Made by a program: the position numbers and the translations under genes
Shown here: positions 1-12,200 of the stretch, one piece after another
Layout: the number at the start of each line of letters is the position of its first letter
Position numbering within the stretch: the stretch's first letter is position 1
Assembly: GCA_032718475.1 (NCBI GenBank)
Contig: JAUCBJ010008363.1
Location: 62,001-126,000, forward strand
Direction: 5' to 3'
DNA from: Nemertoderma westbladi
Taxonomy: Eukaryota > Animalia > Xenacoelomorpha
DNA: 64,000 nt
Notes under the pieces: model-generated
What the model saw: the letters and a program-made list of their open reading frames with translations, nothing else
Databases searched by the model: none
What the model was told of the DNA's origin: nothing

Positions 1-105
1 TGTTTTTCAGCAATAATTTATCAAAATATCCTCTGATTATTTTCAAAAACCACATCGATTTACATATTTATAACTTCTAACCCACTCCACGAGATAGAGA
101 ATCTT
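1..105 (-). repeat. Inverted partial monomer of the same satellite (start of an oppositely oriented array leaving the window on the left)
   Basis: The reverse complement of 1-105 reads AAGATTCTCTATCTCGTGGAGTGGGTTAGAAGTTATAAATATGTAAATCGATGTGGTTTTTGAAAATAATCAGAGGATATTTTGATAAATTATTGCTGAAAAACA, which is the first ~105 nt of the monomer. Confidence 0.97.
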
Positions 106-112
106 AAGATTC
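99..112. other. Inversion junction: perfect 14-bp palindrome GAATCTTAAGATTC centred on TTAA, no spacer
   Basis: Read directly. Strand orientation of the satellite flips between 105 and 106, and the imperfect symmetry extends to position 1 on the left and ~211 on the right. Confidence 0.96.
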
Positions 113-3100
113 GCTATCTCATGGAGTGGGTTAGAAGTTATGAATATGAAAATCGATGTCGTTTTTTGAAAAAAATCAGAGGATATTTTGATTAATTATT
201 GCTGAAAAACACCAAGGATTTTGACATGGCTTTAATACTTCATTATGTTCATGAAAAAACTGAGATATTTGAGGTGAATTATTGCATTACATAATAACTT
301 TAACTCCAGCCACATTAGCAATACGATGAAACTATAATAAATATTCTAGAACACAACAATATTAACAGCGATATAGGCTACTTATCTCTTCACTCTGAGA
401 GCCTCAAAAAAGGGGTGTTCCGACGCAATCAAAATTCATCCATCTCCAGGGGAAAGACGAAGCAAAGAACAGCTGATTACTTCGATAAATGTAAGTGTTA
501 CCTGTTCTTTTGACTTTCATTTAAGATTCATTATTTTGTGGAGTGGGTTAGAAGTCATGAATATGAAAATCGATGTCGTTTTTTGTAAAAAATCAGAGGA
601 GATTTTAATAAATTATTGCTGAAAAACACCAAGGATTTTGACAAGGCTTTAATACTCATTATATTCATGAAATAGCTGAGAAATTTGAGGTGAATTATTG
701 CATTACATAATAACTTTAACTCCTGCCACATTAGCAATACGATGAAACTATAATAAATATTCTAGAACACAACAATATTAACAGGGAGATAGGCTACTTA
801 TCTCTTCACTCTGAGAGCCTCAAAAACGGGGTGTTCCGACGCAATCAAATTTCATCCATCTCCAGAGGGGAAATACGATGCAAAGAACAGCTGATTACTT
901 CTCTAAATGTAAGTGTTATCTGTTCTTTTGACTTTCATTTAAGATTCGCTATCTCATGGAGTGGGTTAGAAGTTATAAATATGAAAATCGACGTGGTTTT
1001 TTAAAAAAATCACAGGATATTTTGATTAATTATTGCTGAAAAACACCAAGGATTTTGACATGGCTTTAATACTTCATTATGTTCATGAAAAAACTGAGAT
1101 ATTTGAGGTGAATTATTGCATTACATAATAACTTTAACTCCAGCCACATTAGCAATACGATGAAACTATAATAAATATTCTAGAACACAACAATATTAAC
1201 AACGATATAGGTTACTTATCTCTTCACTCTGAGAGCCTCAAAAAAGGGTGTTCCAACGCAATCAAAATTCATCCATCTCCAGGGGAAAGACGAAGCAAAG
1301 AACAGCTGAATACTTCGATAAATTTAAGTGTTACCTGTTCTTTTGACTTTCATTTAAGATTCATTATTTTGTGGAGTGGGTAAGAAGTCATGAATATGAA
1401 AATCGATGTCGTTTTTTGTAAAAAATCAGAGGAGATTTTAATAAATTATTGCTGAAAAACACCAAGGATTTTGACATGGCTTTAATACTTCATTATGTTC
1501 ATGAAAAACTGAGATATTTGAGGTGAATTATTGCATTACATAATAACTTTAACTCCAGCCACATTAGCAATACGATGAAACTATAATAAATATTCTAGAA
1601 CACAACAATATTAACAAGGATATAGGTTACTTATCTCTTCACTCTGAGAGCCTCAAAAATAGGGTGTTCCAACGCAATCAAAATTCATCCATCTCCAGGG
1701 GAAAGACAAAGCAAAGAACAGCTGATTACTTCGATAAATGTAAGTGTTACCTGTTCTTTTGACTTTCATTTAAGATTCTTTATCTTGTGGAGTGGGTTAG
1801 AAGTCATGAATATGAAAATCGAAGTCGTTTTTTGTAAAAAATCAGAGGAGATTTTAATAAATTATTGCTGAAAAACACCAAGGATTTTGACAAGGATTTA
1901 ATACTCATTATATTCATGAAATAGCTGAGAAATTTGAGGTGAATTATTGCATTACATAATAACTTTAACTCCACCCACATTAGCAATACGATGAAACTAT
2001 AATAAATATTCTAGAACACAACAATATTAACAGGGATATAGGCTACTTATCTCTTCACTCTGAGAGCTTCAAAAAAGGGGTGTTCCGACGCAATCAAAAT
2101 TCATCCATCTCCAGGGGAAAGACGATGCAAAGAACAGTTGATTACTTCGATAAATGTAAGTGTTACCTGTTCTTTTGACTTTCATTTAAGATTCTTTATC
2201 TTGTGGAGTGGGTTAGAAGTCATGAATATGAAAATCGATGTCGTTTTTTGGAAAAAATCAGAGGAGATTTTAATAAATTATTGCTGAAAAACACCAAGGA
2301 TTTTGACAAGGATTTAATACTCATTATATTCATGAAATAGCTGAGAAATTTGAGGTGAATTATTGCATTACATAATAACTTTAACTCCAGCCACATTAGC
2401 AATACGATGAAACTATAATAAATATTCTAGAACACAACAATATTAACAGGGATATAGGCTACTTATCTCTTCACTCTGAGAGCCTCAAAAACAGGGTGTT
2501 CCGACGCAATCAAATTTCATCCATCTCCAGGGGAAAGACGATGCAAAGAACAGCTGATTACTTCTATAAATGTAAGTGTTACCTGTTCTTTTGACTTTCA
2601 TTTAAGATTCGCTATCTCATGGAGTGGGTTAGAAGTTATAAATAAGAAAATCGATGTGGTTTTTGAAAAAAATCAAAGGATATTTTGATTAATTATTGCT
2701 GAAAAACACCAAGGATTTTGACATGGCTTTAATACTTCATTATGTTTATGAAAAAACTGAGATATTTGAGGTGAATTATTGCATTACATAATAACTTTAA
2801 CTCCAGCCACATTAGCAATACGATGAAACTATAATAAATATTCTAGAACACAACAATATTAACAGGGAGATAGGCTACTTATCTCTTCACTCTGAGAGCC
2901 TCAAAAACGGGGTGTTCCGACGCAATCAAATTTCATCCATCTCCAGGGGAAATACGATGCAAAGAACAGCTGATTACTTCTATAAATGTAAGTGTTACCT
3001 GTTCTTTTGACTTTCATTTAAGATTCGCTATCTCATGGAGTGGGTTAGAAGTTATAAATATGAAAATCGACGTGGTTTTTTAAAAAAATCACAGGATATT

Positions 3101-5399
3101 TTGATTAATTATTGCTGAAAAACACCAAGGATTTTGACATGGCTTTAATACTTCATTATGTTCATGAAAAAACTGAGATATTTGAGGTGAATTATTGCAT
3201 TACATAATAACTTTAACTCCAGCCACATTAGCAATACGATGAAACTATAATAAATATTCTAGAACACAACAATATTAACAACGATATAGGTTACTTATCT
3301 CTTCACTCTGAGAGCCTCAAAAAAGGGGTGTTCCAACGCAATCAAAATTCATCCATCTCCAGGGGAAAGACGAAGCAAAGAACAGCTGATTACTTCGATA
3401 AATTTAAGTGTTACCTGTTCTTTTGACTTTCATTTAAGATTCATTATTTTGTGGAGTGGGTAAGAAGTCATGAATATGAAAATCGATGTCGTTTTTTGTA
3501 AAAAATCAGAGGAGATTTTAATAAATTATTGCTGAAAAACACCAAGGATTTTGACATGGCTTTAATACTTCATTATGTTCATGAAAAAACTGAGATAATT
3601 GAGGTGAATTATTGCATTACATAATAACTTTAACTCCAGCCACATTAGCATTACGATTAAACAATAATAAATATTCTAGAACACAACAATATTAACAAGG
3701 ATAAAGGTTACTTATCTCTTCACTCTGAGAGCCTCAAAAAAAGGGGTGTTCCAACGCAATCAAAATTCATCCATCTCCAGGGGAAAGACGAAGCAAAGAA
3801 CAGCTGATTACTTCGATAAATGTAAGTGTTACCTGTTCTTTTGACTTTCATTTAAGATTCTTTATCTTGTGGAGTGGGTTAGAAGTCATGAATATGAAAA
3901 TCGATGTCGTTTTTTGGAAAAAATCAGAGGAGATTTTAATAAATTATTGCTGAAAAACACCAAGGATTTTGACAAGGATTTAATACTCATTATATTGATG
4001 AAATAGCTAAGAAATTTGAGGTGAATTATTGTATCACATATTAACTTCGGCTCCAGCCGCTTTGGCAATACGATGAAACTATAATAAATATTCTAGAATA
4101 CAACAATATTAACAGGGAGATAGGCTACTTATCTCTTCAATCTGAGAGCCTCAAAAACGGGGTGTTCCGACGCAATCAAATTTCATCCATCTCCAGGGGA
4201 AAGACGATGCAAAGAACAGCTGATTACTTCTATAAATGTAAGTGTTACCTGTTCTTTTGACTTTCATTTAAGATTCGCTATCTCATGGAGTGGGTTAGAA
4301 GTTATAAATATGAAAATCGATGTGGTTTTTGAAAAAAATCAAAGGATATTTGGTTAATTATTGCTGAAAAACACCAAGGATTTTGACATGGCTTTAATAC
4401 TTCATTATGTTCATAAAAAACTGAGATATTTGAGGTGAATTATTGCATTACATAATAACTTTAACTCCAGCCACATTAGCAATACGATGAAACTATAATA
4501 AATATTCTAGAACACAACAATATTAACAAGGATATAGGTTACTTATCTCTTCACTCTGAGAGCCTCAAAAATAGGGTGTTCCAACGCAATCAAAATTCAT
4601 CCATCTCCAGGGGAAAGACGAAGCAAAGAACAGCTGATTACTTCGATAAATGTAAGTGTTACCTGTTCTTTTGACTTTCATTTAAGATTCTTTATCTTGT
4701 GGAGTGGGTTAGAAGTCATGAATATGAAAATCGAAGTCGTTTTTTGTAAAAAATCAGAGGAGATTTTAATAAATTATTGCTGAAAAACACCAAGGATTTT
4801 GACAAGGATTTAATACTCATTATATTCATGAAATAGCTGAGAAATTTGAGGTGAATTATTGCATTACATAATAACTTTAACTCCAGCCACATTAGCAATA
4901 CGATGAAACTATAATAAATATTCTAGAACACAACAATATTAACAGGGATATAGGCTACTTATCTCTTCACTCTGAGAGCCTCAAAAAAGGGGTGTTCCGA
5001 CGCAATCAAAATTCATCCATCTCCAGGGGAAAGACGATGCAAAGAACAGCTGATTACTTCGATAAATGTAAGTGTTTCCTGTTCTTTTGACTTTCATTTA
5101 AGATTCTTTATCTTGTGGAGTGGGTTAGAAGTCATGAATATGAAAATCGATGTCGTTTTTTGTAAAAAAATCAGAGGAGATTTTAATAAATTATTGCTGA
5201 AAAACACCAAGGATTTTGACAAGGATTTAATACTCATTATATTCATGAAATAGCTGAGAAATTTGAGGTGAATTATTGCATTACATAATAACTTTAACTC
5301 CAGCCACATTAGCAATACGATGAAACTATAATAAATATTCTAGAACACAACAATATTAACAGGGATATAGGCTACTTATCTCTTCACTCTGAGAGCCTC

Positions 5400-7860
5400 A
5401 AAAACAGGGTGTTCCGACGCAAACAAATTTCATCCATCTCCAGGGGAAAGACGATGCAAAGAACAGCTGATTACTTCTATAAATGTAAGTGTTACCTGTT
5501 CTTTTGACTTTCATTTAAGATTCGCTATCTCATGGAGTGGGTTAGAAGTTATAAATATGAAAATCGATGTGGTTTTTGAAAAAAATCAAAGGATATTTTG
5601 ATTAATTATTGCTGAAAAACACCAAGGATTTTGACATGGCTTTAATACTTCATTATGTTTATGAAAAAACTGAGATATTTGAGGTGAATTATTGCATTAC
5701 ATAATAACTTTAACTCCAGCCACATTAGCAATACGATGAAACTATAATAAATATTCTAGAACACAACAATATTAACAACGATATAGGTTACTTATCTCTT
5801 CACTCTGAGAGCCTCAGAAAAGGGGTGTTCCAACGCAATCAAAATTCATCCATCTCCAGGGGAAAGACGAAGCAAAGAACAGCTGATTACTTCGATAAAT
5901 GTAAGTGTTACCTGTTCTTTTGACTTTCATTTAAGATTCTTTATTTTGTAGAGTGGGTTAGAAGTCATGAATATGAAAATCGATGTCGTTTTTTGTAAAA
6001 AATCAAAGGAGATTTTAATAAATTATTGCTGAAAAACACCAAGGATTTTGACAAGGATTTAATACTCATTATATTCATGAAATAGCTGAGAAATTTGAGG
6101 TGAATTATTGCATTACATAATAACTTTAACTCCAGCCACATTAGCAATACGATGAAACTATAATAAATATTCTAGAACACAACAATATTAACAGGGATAT
6201 AGGCTACTTATCTCTTCACTCTGAGAGCCTCAAAAAAGGGGTATTCCGACGCAATCAAAATTCATCCATCTCCAGGGGAAAGACGATGCAAAGAACAGCT
6301 GATTACTTCTATAAATGTAAGTGTTACCTGTTCTTTTGATTTTAATTTAAGATTCGCTATCTCATGGAGTGGGTTAGAAGTTATAAATATGAAAATCGAT
6401 GTGGTTTTTGAAAAAAATCAAAGGATATTTTGATTAATTATTGCTGAAAAACACCAAGGATTTTGACATGGCTTTAATACTTCATTATGTTCATGAAAAA
6501 ACTGAGATATTTGAGGTGAATTATTGCATTACATAATAACTTTAACTCCAGCCACATTAGCAATACGATGAAACTATAATAAATATTCTAGAACACAACA
6601 ATATTAACAGGGATATAGGCTACTTATCTCTTCACTCTGAGAGCCTCAAAAACAGGGTGTTCCGACGCAATCAAATTTCATCCATCTCCAGGGGAAAGAC
6701 GATGCAAAGAACAGCTGATTACTTCTATAAATGTAAGTGTTACCTGTTCTTTTGACTTTCATTCAAGATTCGCTATCTCATGGAGTGGGTTAGAAGTTAT
6801 AAATATGAAAATCGATGTGGTTTTTGAAAAAAATCAAAGGATATTTTGATTAATTATTGCTGAAAAACACCAAGGATTTTGACATGGCTTTAATACTTCA
6901 TTATGTTTATGAAAAAACTGAGATATTTGAGGTGAATTATTGCATTACATAATAACTTTAACTCCAGCCACATTAGCAATACGATGAAACTATAATAAAT
7001 ATTCTAGAACACAACAATATTAACAACGATATAGGTTACTTATCTCTTCACTCTGAGAGCCTCAGAAAAGGGGTGTTCCAACGCAATCAAAATTCATCCA
7101 TCTCCAGGGGAAAGACGAAGCAAAGAACAGCTGATTACTTCGATAAATGTAAGTGTTACCTGTTCTTTTGACTTTCATTTAAGATTCTTTATTTTGTAGA
7201 GTGGGTTAGAAGTCATGAATATGAAAATCGATGTCGTTTTTTGTAAAAAATCAAAGGAGATTTTAATAAATTATTGCTGAAAAACACCAAGGATTTTGAC
7301 AAGGATTTAATACTCATTATATTCATGAAATAGCTGAGAAATTTGAGGTGAATTATTGCATTACATAATAACTTTAACTCCAGCCACATTAGCAATACGA
7401 TGAAACTATAATAAATATTCTAGAACACAACAATATTAACAGGGATATAGGCTACTTATCTCTTCACTCTGAGAGCCTCAAAAAAGGGGTATTCCGACGC
7501 AATCAAAATTCATCCATCTCCAGGGGAAAGACGATGCAAAGAACAGCTGATTACTTCTATAAATGTAAGTGTTACCTGTTCTTTTGATTTTAATTTAAGA
7601 TTCGCTATCTCATGGAGTGGGTTAGAAGTTATAAATATGAAAATCGATGTGGTTTTTGAAAAAAATCAAAGGATATTTTGATTAATTATTGCTGAAAAAC
7701 ACCAAGGATTTTGACATGGCTTTAATACTTCATTATGTTCATGAAAAAACTGAGATATTTGAGGTGAATTATTGCATTACATAATAACTTTAACTCCAGC
7801 CACATTAGCAATACGATGAAACTATAATAAATATTCTAGAACACAACAATATTAACAGGG
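5400..7860 (+). repeat. Tandem duplication of a 3-mer (1248 bp)
   Basis: Private variants CTCAGAAAAGGGG, TTTTGTAGAG, TCAAAGGAGA, GTATTCCGAC and GATTTTAATTT all recur 1248 bp apart (ORFs at 5965 and 7213). Confidence 0.85.
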
Positions 7861-9260
7861 AGATAGGCTACTTATCTCTTCACTCTGAGAGCCTCAAAAA
7901 CGGGGTGTTCCGACGCAATCAAATTTCATCCATTTCCAGGGGAAAGACGATGCAAAGAACAGCTGATTACTTCTATAAATGTAAGTGTTACCTGTTCTTT
8001 TGACTTTCATTTAAGATTCGCTATCTCATGGAGTGGGTTAGAAGATATAAATATGAAAATCGATGTGGTTTTTGAAAAAAATCAAAGGATATTTTGATTA
8101 ATTATTGCTGAAAAACACCAAGGATTTTGACATGGCTTTAATACTTCATTATGTTCATGAAAAAACTGAGATATTTGAGGTGAATTATTGCATTACATAA
8201 TAACTTTAACTCCAGCCACATTAGCAATACGATGAAACTATAATAAATATTCTAGAACACAACAATATTAACAGGGATATAGGCTACTTATCTCTTCACT
8301 CTGAGAGCCTCAAAAAAGGGGTGTTCCGACGCAATCAAAATTCATCCATCTCCAGAGGAAAGACGATGCAAAGACCAGCTGATTACTTCTATAAATGTAA
8401 GTGTTACCTGTTCTTTTGATTTTCATTTAAGATTCGCTATCTCATGGAGTGGGTTAGAAGTTATAAATATGAAAATCGATGTGGTTTTTGAAAAAAATCA
8501 AAGGATATTTTGATTAATTATTGCTGAAAAACACCAAGGATTTTGACATGGCTTTAATACTTCATTATGTTCATGAAATAGCTGAGATACTTGAGGTGAA
8601 TTGTTGCATTACATAATAACTTTAACTCCAGCCACATTAGCAATACGATGAAACTATAATAAATATTCTAGAACACAACAATATTAACAGGGAGATAGGC
8701 TACTTATCTCTTCACTCTGAGAGCCTCAAAAACGGAGTGTTCCGACGCAATCAAATTTCATCCATCTCCAGGGGAAAGACGATGCAAAGAACAGCTGATT
8801 ACTTCTATAAATGTAAGTGTTACCTGTTCTTTTGACTTTCATTTAAGATTCGCTATCTCATGGAGTGGGTTAGAAGTTATAAATATGAAAATCGATGTGG
8901 TTTTTGAAAAAAATCAAAGGATATTTTGATTAATTATTGCTGAAAAACACCAAGGATTTTGACATGGCTTTAATACTTCATTATGTTCATGAAAAACCTG
9001 AGATATTTGAGGTGAATTATTGCATTACATAATAACTTTAACTCCAGCCACATTAGCAATACGATGAAACTATAATAAATATTCTAGAACACAATAATAT
9101 TAACAGGGAGATAGGCTACTTATCTCTTCACTCTGAGAGCCTCAAAAACGGTGTGTTCCGACGCAATCAAATTTCATCCATCTCCAGGGGAAAGACGATG
9201 CAAAGAACAGCTGATTACTTCTATAAATGTAAGTGTTACCTGTTCTTTAGACTTTCATTT

Positions 9261-12200
9261 AAGATTCTTTATCTTGTGGAGTGGGTTAGAAGTCATGAAT
9301 ATGAAAATCGATGTCTTTTTTTGTAAAAAATCAGAGGAGATTTTAACGCAATCAAAATTCATCCATCTCCAGGGGAAAGACGAAGCAAAGAACAGCTGAT
9401 TACTTCGATAAATGTAAGTGTTACCTGTTCTTTTGACTTTCATTTAAGATTCATTATTTTGTGGAGTGGTTTAGAAGTCATGAATATGAAAATCGATGTC
9501 GTTTTTTGTAAAAAATCAGAGGAGATTTTAATAAATTATTGCTGAAAAACACCAAGGATTTTGACAAGGATTTAATACTCATTATATTCATGAAATAGCT
9601 GAGAAATTTGAGGTGAATTATTGCATTACATAATAACTTTAACTCCTGCCACATTAGCAATACGATGAAACTATAATAAATATTCTAGAACGCAACAATA
9701 TTAATTAACAGGGATATAGGCTACTTATCTCTTCACTCTGAGAGCCTCAAAAAAGGGGTGTTCCGACGCAATCAAAATTCATCCATCTCCAGGGGAAAGA
9801 CGATGCAAAGAACAGCTGATTACTTCTATAAATGTAAGTGTTACCTGTTCTTTTGATTTTCATTAAAGATTCGCTATCTCATGGAGTGGGTTAGAAGTTA
9901 TAAATATGAAAATCGATGTGGTTTTTGAAAAAAATCAAAGGATATTTTGATTAATTATTGCTGAAAAACACCAAGGATTTTGACATGGCTTTAATACTTC
10001 ATTATGTTCATGAAAAAACTGAGATATTTGAGGTGAATTATTGCATTACATAATAACTTTAACTCCAGCCACATTAGCAATACGATGAAACTATAATAAA
10101 TATTCTAGAACACAACAATATTAACAGGGAGATAGGCTACTTATATCTTCACTCTGAGAGCCTCAAAAACGGGGTGTTCCGACGCAATCAAATTTCATCT
10201 ATCTCCAGGGGAAAGACGCAGCAAAGAACAGCTGATTACTTCGATAAATATAAGTGTTACCTGTTCTTTTGACTTTCATTTAAGATTCTTTATCTTGTGG
10301 AGTGGGTTAGAAGTCATGAATATGAAAATCGATGTCGTTTTTTGTAAAAAATCAGAGGAGATTTTAACGCAATCAAAATTCATCCATCTCCAGGGGAAAG
10401 ACGAAGCAAAGAACAGCTGATTACTTCGATAAATGTAAGTGTTACCTGTTCTTTTGACTTTCATTTAAGATTCATTATTTTGTGGAGTGGGTTAGAAGTC
10501 ATGAATATGAAAATCGATGTCGTTTTTTGTAAAAAATCAGAGGAGATTTTAATTAATTATTGCTGAAAAACACCAAGGATTTTGACAAGGATTTGATACT
10601 CATTATATTCATGAAATAGCTGAGAAATTTGAGGTGAATTATTGCATTACATAATAACTTTAACTCCTGCCACATCAGCAATACGATGAAACTATAATAA
10701 ATATTCTAGAACACAACAATATTAATTAACAGGGATATAGGCTACTTATCTCTTCACTCTGAGAGCCTCAAAAAAGGGGTGTTCCGACGCAATCAAAATT
10801 CATCCATCTCCAGGGGAAAGACGATGCAAAGAACAGCTGATTACTTCTATAAATGTAAGTGTTACCTGTTCTTTTGATTTTCATTAAAGATTTGCTATCT
10901 CATGGAGTGGGTTAGAAGTTATAAATATGAAAATCGATGTGGTTTTTGAAAAAAATCAAAGGATATTTTGATTAATTATTGCTGAAAAACACCAAGGATT
11001 TTGACATGGCTTTAATACTTCATTATGTTCATGAAAAAACTGAGATATTTGAGGTGAATTATTGCATTACATAATAACTTTAACTCCAGCCACATTAGCA
11101 ATACGATGAAACTATAATAAATATTCTAGAACACAACAATATTAACAGGGAGATAGGCTACTTATCTCTTCACTCTGAGAGCCTCAAAAACGGGGTGTTC
11201 CGACGCAATCAAATTTCATCTATCTCCAGGGGAAAGACGCAGCAAAGAACAGCTGATTACTTCGATAAATGTAAGTGTTACCTGTTCTTTTGACTTTCAT
11301 TTAAGATTCTTTATCTTGTGGAGTGGGTTAGAAGTCATGAATATGAAAATCGATGTCGTTTTTTGTAAAAAATCAGAGGAGATTTTAACGCAATCAAAAT
11401 TCATCCATCTCCAGGGGAAAGACAAAGCAAAGAACAGCTGATTACTTCGATAAATGTAAGTGTTACCTGTTCTTTTGACTTTCATTTAAGATTCATTATT
11501 TTGTGGAGTGGGTTAGAAGTCATGAATATGAAAATCGATGTCGTTTTTTGTAAAAAATCAGAGGAGATTTTAATTAATTATTGCTGAAAAACACCAAGGA
11601 TTTTGACAAGGATTTAATACTCATTATATTCATGAAATAGCTGAGAAATTTGAGGTTAATTATTGCATTACATAATAACTTTAACTCCTGCCACATTAGC
11701 AATACGATGAAACTATAATAAATATTCTAGAACACAACAATATTAACAGGGATATAGGCTACTTATCTCTTCACTCTGAGAGCCTCAAAAAAGGGGTGTT
11801 CCAACGCAATCAAAATTCATCCATCTCCAGATGAAAGACGATGCAAAGAACAGCTGATTACTTCTATAAATGTAAGTGTTACCTGTTCTTTTGATTTTCA
11901 TTAAAGATTCGCTATCTCATGGAGTGGTTTAGAAGTTATAAATATGAAAATCGATGTGGTTTTTGAAAAAAATCAAAGGATATTTTGATTAATTATTGCT
12001 GAAAAACACCAAGGATTTTGACATGGCTTTAATACTTCATTATGTTTATGAAAAAACTGAGATAATTGAGGTGAATTATTGCATTACATAATAACTTTAA
12101 CTCCAGCCACATTAGCATTACGATTAAACAATAATAAATATTCTAGAACACAACAATATTAACAAGGATAAAGGTTACTTATCTCTTCACTCTGAGAGCC

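Noticed and set aside
99-112. piggyBac or MITE insertion suggested by the TTAA and inverted repeats
   Set aside because: There is no transposase and no bounded element with terminal repeats and a duplicated target. The inverted arms are the satellite itself.
106-522. Hammerhead ribozyme, as in newt, schistosome and cave-cricket satellites
   Set aside because: I found no CUGANGA core on either strand of the monomer (closest are CTGAGAG, CTGATTA, CTGAGAT). An Infernal/Rfam scan would be the definitive test.
106-522. CENP-B box
   Set aside because: TTCG and CGGG both occur but never in the TTCGNNNNANNCGGG spacing.
106-522. Tandem 5S rRNA, tRNA, snRNA or spliced-leader RNA gene array
   Set aside because: The unit length is compatible, but I recognise no 5S, tRNA or snRNA sequence, and amplified deletions remove large parts of the unit. 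An Rfam search was not possible.
1230-5170. Single-base length changes in A/G/T homopolymers (415/417-bp monomers)
   Set aside because: These cannot be distinguished from sequencing or consensus error, so I did not use them as sole evidence for structure.
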